The notes under the pieces were generated by a model, which was not told the origin of the DNA, searched no databases, and saw only the letters and a program-made list of their open reading frames with translations. This document shows positions 57,818 to 64,000 of a DNA stretch of 64,000 bases, one piece after another. The DNA is taken from positions 29,471 to 93,470 of the IMG/VR virus record IMGVR_UViG_3300046681_000151. One strand, written 5' to 3'. Every line of letters starts with the position of its first letter. Positions within the stretch are counted from its first letter, which is position 1. The position numbers were made by a program, and so were the translations under genes. The DNA comes from a virus (Duplodnaviria; Caudoviricetes).

Positions 57818-59848
57818 CTAGGTCAAAACAGTCAGGGCTTCGAGCTTGTAGCCGCGCGGGTTCGTCATGCCGTCGATGTCGCCGATCGGCACGGGAGCGC
57901 CCGCCCCGACGTCCTTGAGCAACTTCCGCAGCTCGGCCACCGTGAGGTCGCTGTAGAGGTCCGGGTTGAAGTCGACGAGCGCCTCGGCCAGCGACTCCGA
58001 GCGGATGCGAGTCGCCTCCGCTTCAGCCATCACCTCGATGGCGTCGAACACGATCTGCCGGTCACCGGAGATCCGCTTCCCACCGTCGCTCCCGTCGGCC
58101 AGGTGCAGCAGTCCAGCCGCAGCGAGGGTGTCCCGGTCGAACCACGGCCGGCCGGCGGCGATACGGTCGGTGACCGCCCGCTTGATGCCGTCGCGGTTGT
58201 GCTCGTTCCAGCCGTAGAGCAGCGGCCGGTCCAGGCTGGGGCCCTTGATGTACGACTGGCCGGCGTCGTTCTTGATCTGGGCATTCTGTGCGGGCACGAG
58301 CCGGTCTGGGCGGAAGCCCTTCGCGATGGCGCCCTGACCGAGTACGAGCGGGATGTCGGCGTGCCGGGCAGCCAGCATGATCCGCAACGTGAACGAGTCG
58401 GCGATCGCGTCACCCATGGAGTCACTGGTCGCGTCCTGGCCGGCTGCGACCGGGTAGATCCCGGACTGCTTGGCGAGGCGCAGCAGTTCGATGAACAGCT
58501 TCTTCGCCTTGTCGCTGAGGTAGATGAACTCGTCGACGAACGGGAAGATCGCCGGGTGGTCGGCGGTCGCAATCCAGGTGTCACCCATGTTGAGCCGGTT
58601 GCGGACGGTGTTGCGGGCCTTGGCCATCTTGACCAGGTACTCAAGCCACTTCTCGCAGTCCGCGTTACCGCGGATCGGCGGGGCGGCCATGACGCCTTCG
58701 AACTCGCGCAGACCGTCCTTGACCGGGTCGAGGTCGAGGGCGATCGCGTTGTGGCAGGCGGTGATGACCTCGGCGAGGTCCCGCAGCACACCGGTCGTTT
58801 TCGCGGCGCCGGACACGCCGATGGCGAGGATCCGCAGGCCTTCGAGGATCAGGTTGAGCGGACTGCCGTCCATGCAGCGGCCGAAGTTGTGCGGGTCGGA
58901 GATGTCCAGGCTGTTCGGGGCGTGCACAACCGGCTTCGGCATGTTCTCGAACGGGCTGGCAGTGACCAGGCGCAGCACGAGGTGGGCGGCCTCCTGCGGG
59001 TCGGGGTCGATGAGGGTGCCGCCGTGCTTGATGTTGAAGTGCGAGTCGAGGTCGTCGGCCTTCTCGTTGACCTTCGCGACCTTCGAGCCCTTGAGGACGA
59101 CGTCGACTTCCCAGCCCCACTCGCGGTGGCCCAGCACTCGGACCGCGCGCGTGCCGATGCCTTCCCAGCCGAGCGCACGGGACACGCAGTCCTCGACTCG
59201 GTCGGCGGAACGGCACAGGGCCAGCGGGTACGGCTCGTCGGACTCGGGGTCGTCCTGCTCGGCGATGATCTGCTCCGGCGCCAGGCCCGGGTTGTTGAGC
59301 CGGTACCGGCCGTACCAACTGACGGCGGCAGCAGCGGAAAAGGCGAGAACACCCGGCGTGATCCACCACGAGTCGGCGGCGGTCATGCCGGCTTCGGCGA
59401 CGAGCGCCCACCAGCCGGCCAGGTTCAGGGCGACGGTCGCGCCGGCGCCCCAGCCGAGGAACTTCCAGCGCCGGTGGCGCTGGTCGACGTTTCGACGCCA
59501 GTCGGCAGAGGAGGTGATCCCGCCGACAGCCTCCTGGTAGTCGTGGGTGCGCACGTAGCGCCAGCCGAGGTAGGAGACTGCAGCGGCGCCGGCGACGAAC
59601 CAGCGGGTTGCCGTCCAGCCGCCGCGCGCCGACAGGCCGATGGCGCGCCCGGTGACGGAGGCGACGACCATGGCCGCCGACCCGGTCTTCCGCAGCATCG
59701 GATAGGCGGGCTCGTAGGGCAGGAGGACGCCGGGCGCGATGTCCTCGTCGAGTTCCCCGGACAGGTCGTCGGGGACTTCGAGCTCACCCGGGATCACCTT
59801 GGTGAGGTCCCAGCCGGGCGGGAGTTCCGGGTTCATGTCGAGGCTCAT
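57818..59848 (-). CDS. traB: TraB-like FtsK/SpoIIIE conjugative DNA translocase
   Basis: N-terminal TM helices, Walker A GVSGAAKT, LDLDPVKDG, Walker B FPFVDEF, AGQDAT, C-terminal wHTH-like region. Confidence 0.78.
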   Translation of the reverse strand: MSLDMNPELPPGWDLTKVIPGELEVPDDLSGELDEDIAPGVLLPYEPAYPMLRKTGSAAMVVASVTGRAIGLSARGGWTATRWFVAGAAAVSYLGWRYVRTHDYQEAVGGITSSADWRRNVDQRHRRWKFLGWGAGATVALNLAGWWALVAEAGMTAADSWWITPGVLAFSAAAAVSWYGRYRLNNPGLAPEQIIAEQDDPESDEPYPLALCRSADRVEDCVSRALGWEGIGTRAVRVLGHREWGWEVDVVLKGSKVAKVNEKADDLDSHFNIKHGGTLIDPDPQEAAHLVLRLVTASPFENMPKPVVHAPNSLDISDPHNFGRCMDGSPLNLILEGLRILAIGVSGAAKTTGVLRDLAEVITACHNAIALDLDPVKDGLREFEGVMAAPPIRGNADCEKWLEYLVKMAKARNTVRNRLNMGDTWIATADHPAIFPFVDEFIYLSDKAKKLFIELLRLAKQSGIYPVAAGQDATSDSMGDAIADSFTLRIMLAARHADIPLVLGQGAIAKGFRPDRLVPAQNAQIKNDAGQSYIKGPSLDRPLLYGWNEHNRDGIKRAVTDRIAAGRPWFDRDTLAAAGLLHLADGSDGGKRISGDRQIVFDAIEVMAEAEATRIRSESLAEALVDFNPDLYSDLTVAELRKLLKDVGAGAPVPIGDIDGMTNPRGYKLEALTVLT

Positions 59849-61200
59849 GACGGGTCCTTCTGGGCGGGCGCGGTCCGCTCAAAGCGGGCTTGCTTGCGGG
59901 CGACTTCGGCGTACTTCGGCGCATCGCCGGAACGGCGCACGCCGCGGACCTTCGGGCCCGTCTTCGAGCCCCTACCGGAGCCCGGGGGTAGTTGTGGAAC
60001 ACGCTGTGCGTTCATGGTCTTGCTGAGGGTGCTCACGGGGGTGCCGGTGAGGGCCGCGTGGACGCGCTTCTCGGCGGCGCGGCGAGAGCTGATGGACTCG
60101 ATGGACTCGCCCGGGTCGCAGCCCTCGATGTTGCGGTAGGCGCGCGTCCACACCGCGTCGGTGACGGTGGTCTCACCGACCGCCGCAGCGATCTTCTTGG
60201 CCTCGTCCCAGACCTTCGGGTACGTCGCCTCGCGGTCGGCCGCCAACTGCTGGCGCGCCTCCTCGACGGCCTTGGCGGCGACCTCTTTCTCGGCGCCGCG
60301 CTGCGCCTCTTCGGCAGCTGCCCGCTTGACCTCGTCCTTCGCCGCCTTCTCCTGCGCCTTCCGCTCCCGCCGGGTCGGCACGCCGTCGCGCTTCCGGATG
60401 CGGCCGTGCTCGTGGAGGTCCCACACGCCGGGCCCGAACACGGAGGCCAGCGCGGTCCCGACAGCGGTCGCCGGGTCGAACTCCTGCATGCCGTGCCACA
60501 GGTTGACGCTCGCAGCGATGAACGCGAGCACCCAGGTGATCAGACGGAAGTGCCAGTGCGGGCGCTTGTTCGCCACCGCGGCAGCCGTACCGAACGCGAC
60601 GACGAGGGCGGCAATCTCCAGGAGGACGGGGGCGCCGGCCATCCACGGTTTGTCGCGGTCCCAGAAAGCCGAGATCTGCACAGGTAGGGCAACAGCAGCG
60701 CACAGGGTGTAGAAGGCGATGGCCCAGCCGCGCCACTTTTTGTCGGCCTTGGCGACGACCTTCGCCTTCTGCGCCTCAACCTGCTCGTCGATCCGGGCCT
60801 GCTGGGCGGCGGCGATGCGGGCACGCTCGGCCTCGTCACGGCGCCGGTTGGAATCGGCGATGCGCTCCTCGGATGCGGCTTCTTCCTCGCGGGCCCGGCG
60901 CTCGGCCCGGTCATTGACGAGCCGCAGCTTGCGCGCCTCCTCCTCCGCCTTGACGCGCACCGCGTCCGCTTCGGCCTCGGCGGCGATCCGCTGGGCTTCC
61001 GCGTCGGCCCACGCTTGGGCGCGGATCGCCTCGGCCTGCGCCTGCGCGACCAGCTCGGGCATCTCGGCCGGGGCGGGCTGCGGTTCGGGGCTGCGCTGTT
61101 CCTCGATGGGCTCGGGGTCGGGTGTGACCGGCCGCCAGTCCCCGATTACGGGCATGGCCGGCCGCTTGTGGCCGTTCGTCTGGGGCGGGCTGGCGGTCAT
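59845..61200 (-). CDS. SpdB-like / DUF2637-like membrane protein with coiled coil
   Basis: Long coiled coil, four TM helices (SVNLWHG) and basic tail; coupled to traB. Confidence 0.68.
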   Translation of the reverse strand: MTASPPQTNGHKRPAMPVIGDWRPVTPDPEPIEEQRSPEPQPAPAEMPELVAQAQAEAIRAQAWADAEAQRIAAEAEADAVRVKAEEEARKLRLVNDRAERRAREEEAASEERIADSNRRRDEAERARIAAAQQARIDEQVEAQKAKVVAKADKKWRGWAIAFYTLCAAVALPVQISAFWDRDKPWMAGAPVLLEIAALVVAFGTAAAVANKRPHWHFRLITWVLAFIAASVNLWHGMQEFDPATAVGTALASVFGPGVWDLHEHGRIRKRDGVPTRRERKAQEKAAKDEVKRAAAEEAQRGAEKEVAAKAVEEARQQLAADREATYPKVWDEAKKIAAAVGETTVTDAVWTRAYRNIEGCDPGESIESISSRRAAEKRVHAALTGTPVSTLSKTMNAQRVPQLPPGSGRGSKTGPKVRGVRRSGDAPKYAEVARKQARFERTAPAQKDPS

Positions 61201-61222
61201 GACGGGTCGGTGTCCTCTCGGT

Positions 61223-61432
61223 TCAGGTGCGGGTGCGGCGGTTGATGACGGTCGTCATCGCGAAGAAGGTGCCGAAGGTGGCAGTCAGGGCGATCACCTC
61301 TGCGGGCAAGTGACCGGCACCGGCCGCCATCGCGATGGACTGCGCGACGAGCAGGACGGCGATGGTCGGCAGCAGGATCAGAGCCGACTGGCGGAGCGTG
61401 TACCGGCCGTTCAGGGCGGCGAGAAAACGCAT
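61223..61432 (-). CDS. Small 2-TM membrane protein
   Basis: Two hydrophobic helices. Confidence 0.65.
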   Translation of the reverse strand: MRFLAALNGRYTLRQSALILLPTIAVLLVAQSIAMAAGAGHLPAEVIALTATFGTFFAMTTVINRRTRT

Positions 61433-61433
61433 G

Positions 61434-61640
61434 TCAGTGGCCTCCTTGGCTGCGTCGGGTCGTGGTCTTGCGCCAGCCGAAGCCGCCAGGGAGGTTCATC
61501 GACGTCGTGCGGCGGCCGGTCGAACTGCGCGTGTAGTGCGGTGTGTTCTTGCCGCCCAACGTGATCGACCAGCTGCGCAGGCCGATGTTGAGGCGGACGC
61601 CGGGCAGGATCCGGAAGCTCTTGCGGAAGGTGATCGGCAT
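61434..61640 (-). CDS. DUF4236-like protein
   Basis: FRKSFRILPGVRLNI...S.TLG...LPG. Confidence 0.8.
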   Translation of the reverse strand: MPITFRKSFRILPGVRLNIGLRSWSITLGGKNTPHYTRSSTGRRTTSMNLPGGFGWRKTTTRRSQGGH

Positions 61641-62417
61641 CAGGCACCGCCCGACCAGTCGACGGAGCCGGGCCCGTTGCGGCGCTCGTAGTCCTCCCAG
61701 AACTTGGCGTCGCGTTCCTTGCTGACGCGTTCGGCGGCCTGGAAGTCGGCGGCCAGGTTGGCGCGGGCCGTCTCGGCCTGGCTATTACTGCTTGAGTTGC
61801 GGCTGAACAAACCCATAGCGGGCTCCTCTCTAGGCGGGCGCGCCGGTGCGCGCCCTGTGGAATTCCTTGATGAGTTCGTCGGTGAACCCGGCGCCGAGGG
61901 CGGCCCCGAGCGGGCCGATCCCGGTTACGGAGGCGGCCCACAGCTCCAGCCAGGCCATGCGCGTGGCCACGTAGTTGATGACCGGGCGCGCGAAGCGGAC
62001 CGCGAACACGACCGCGCCGAGCGCGCACATGACGGTCAGGGCGAGGGCCCGCAGCGCCCACCGGCCCGCGAACCGGACGGCACGATGCAGCCGGCCGGGC
62101 TTCGCGGTGATCAGATAGGCGTGCACTACGGGCTCCTCTCGGGGGGGTAGTCGGACAGCGCAGTCGGTCAACGGCGCACGACTTGGCTAGCGGATGCGCC
62201 GGATGGTGGAGGTGACTCGGCCGCCTTTCAGGTGCGGCGAGTGGCTGACGATCGCGGCGACGACCTCCTCCTTGATCTCCTTGCCCGTGGCGACGTGCTC
62301 GCGGGTGGAGACCAGGTCGTTGTACTCGGCGGCCTTCCCCCTCTTTTCGATGCGGACGTGCGCCTGCCAGGTGCTGCCCATGGCGCTGTTGTTGGTGTTC
62401 CGGCTGAACAAGCCCAT
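61640..62417 (-). CDS. Three small genes: 61640-61816 (MGLFSRN...), 61830-62126 (membrane), 62187-62417 (MGLFSRN...)
   Basis: Each preceded by GAGAGGAGCCC. Confidence 0.62.
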
Positions 62418-62435
62418 GTCGGGGCTCCTCTCGGG

Positions 62436-62948
62436 TCAGGCGATGGTGTGGATGGGTGCGCGCCGGGCCATACGAACGGGTCCGGCGGCAGGGTTGAGGT
62501 GGGCGGCGAGGCGCTCCAGTTCGCAGGCCTGGGCTTCGCTGTCGTCCCACCACGCGTCGTACTGCTCCAGGGCTGGGGCCGGGAGCCGGGACAGGGCTTC
62601 TTCGGTGCGGAACTTTTCGACCCGCCGCACACCCGGTCGCAGCATCTGCGCGGCGTGCACGAGTTCGTGAATGACCGTCTTGTCGACCTCGGCCGGATCG
62701 TCGAGGTGGGCTTGAGCGTTGACGACGGCGAGGACCCGGTCGAGGCCGTACAAGGTGCAGCCGTACAGGCCGTCGTCGTCACCGGCGAGGCGGCGGGTGA
62801 AGTAGGTGTCGGTGACGAGGAGTTCCACCCCGTGCAGGCGCACACCCATCTCGTTCTCGACGAGGCGGGCGGCCTGGTCGGCGATGGCGCACACCCGGTC
62901 CAGGACGGGGCGTCGGGCCGGGCCGATGGCGTAGGTGTTGACCTGCAT
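62436..62948 (-). CDS. Putative zincin metallopeptidase
   Basis: LYGCT...VIHELVHAAQ (HExxH)...EAQA. Confidence 0.65.
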   Translation of the reverse strand: MQVNTYAIGPARRPVLDRVCAIADQAARLVENEMGVRLHGVELLVTDTYFTRRLAGDDDGLYGCTLYGLDRVLAVVNAQAHLDDPAEVDKTVIHELVHAAQMLRPGVRRVEKFRTEEALSRLPAPALEQYDAWWDDSEAQACELERLAAHLNPAAGPVRMARRAPIHTIA

Positions 62949-62977
62949 GGGGGGGCTCCTCTCGGGGTTTCAACCGG

Positions 62978-63968
62978 TCAGTGGGTCTTGCACTTGCCCT
63001 TGTCGCAGTTGGTGCAGGACTCGTTGATGCGGGAGCGGGCGGGGGCAAGGATGGTGTTGGCGACGGCGTCTCCGGCCTTCCCGCCGACCTTGTGGAGTGC
63101 GGCGGCGGCGGAGTCGAGCTTCTCGGCGGCCTTGCGTCCGAATGCCATGGGATTCCTCTCGGGTTGGGGTGCGGACTCGCCTCGGGTCGGTCAGCCGTTG
63201 CTGGAGGAGCCGCGGACCGTCTTGCCGGATTCGATGTAGGCGGCGCCGCGGACCATCTCGGGGACGGTCAGGTTCCGCTCGACGGCGGCCTGCCTGAGGC
63301 TGGCGTCGTGGGGTGCAGCAATCGCGGCGGCGACCAGGGTCTGGGCACATTCCTTGTCGGTCTTGCGGGTCATGTGGTGCTCCTTCGGTTCGGTGAATGG
63401 CTGTGGTGGTGCCGGTCGTGTTGGGCGCCGCACCGCAGGGGCGATGCGGTCCCCGGCTCGGCCAGGGGGTCAGACCATGAGCCGGTATTCGTCGACCATG
63501 TCGGCCGTGTTCACCAGGTACTTGACGGCCTGCGCGAGGAGGGTCTTGCGCTTGGCGCCCTTGGCCTCCATGGCGTCGGTCAGGTAGGTGGCAGCCGTCT
63601 CCAGGTCTTCCGCCCCGTTGATCCCGGCGAAGTGACCGAGGTTGATGGCGGCCGTGCCGAGCTGGTCGATGAACTCGGCGGGAGTGGTGGCGGGCTCCGT
63701 GTCGGCGGCGAACGCGATGTCGTCGACGAACGGGGCAAGCACGCTCGGGGCGATCGTCATGCGGGTGGTCCTCTCAGATGTCGGTGCCGACGATGTGCTC
63801 GGACGGGTGCGGGTAGTCGCCGACACGGGCGGCCTCGGCAAGGGAGTCGTGGTCGCGGGCCTGCGCCAGGCACTCGCGGCCTCCCGGCGTTCCCGGGGCG
63901 AGCGCGGCCGTGGAACGCAGGGCGGTCGCTTCCTCGGTGTGGAACCGGATGCGGTCGTTGCGCTTCAT
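62978..63968 (-). CDS. Four small hypothetical genes (62978-63148, 63191-63373, 63470-63760, 63774-63968)
   Basis: Clear RBSs; three carry the extended GAGAGGA motif. Confidence 0.58.
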
Positions 63969-64000
63969 GTGGGTGGTCCTCTCTCGGGGTTTGGGTAGGG

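Larger units (their letters stand above)
1..64000. mobile_element. Temperate actinobacteriophage (siphovirus-type) or phage-AICE hybrid, extending beyond both window edges
   Basis: Terminase-portal-scaffold-capsid-tail-TMP-lysis module, integrase/repressor/Cro switch and TraB-like transfer genes; no host core genes seen. Confidence 0.93.

Noticed and set aside
57104-60139. 1011-aa plus-strand ORF
   Set aside because: Antisense shadow of traB and neighbours caused by high-GC codon bias; no motifs
62436-62948. HExxH protein as the ImmA-type antirepressor protease
   Set aside because: Far from the repressor and no supporting context; kept only as a putative peptidase

Overview
High-GC, Streptomyces-type temperate siphophage filling the whole window; no host housekeeping genes, tRNAs or CRISPR are visible. 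Almost everything is on the minus strand. From left to right: early genes (clamp-like protein, P22-type antirepressor, excisionase, Cro); repressor and tyrosine integrase followed by an apparently intact attP; an accessory zone of mostly leaderless mini-genes with an LPD29/RHH module and a second Xer-like recombinase carrying its own core site; lysis, tail, head and packaging modules; a second fibre-like structural cluster; an IS701 insertion beside a MazG-like gene. At 54-64 kb lies a Streptomyces plasmid/AICE-type transfer region: a TraB-like FtsK ATPase, SpdB-like and SpdD-like membrane proteins, and a symmetric 12-octamer clt-like array. The main candidates for novelty are (1) a full virion-forming phage carrying TraB-type conjugation genes, (2) a twice-repeated, covarying 5' leader RNA whose loop can pair with the SD, and (3) a 63-aa phage-encoded Prp protease with a shared WFxLxRH motif in both neighbours, scaffold and capsid. 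All product calls rest on motif recognition and synteny only; no database searches were run.
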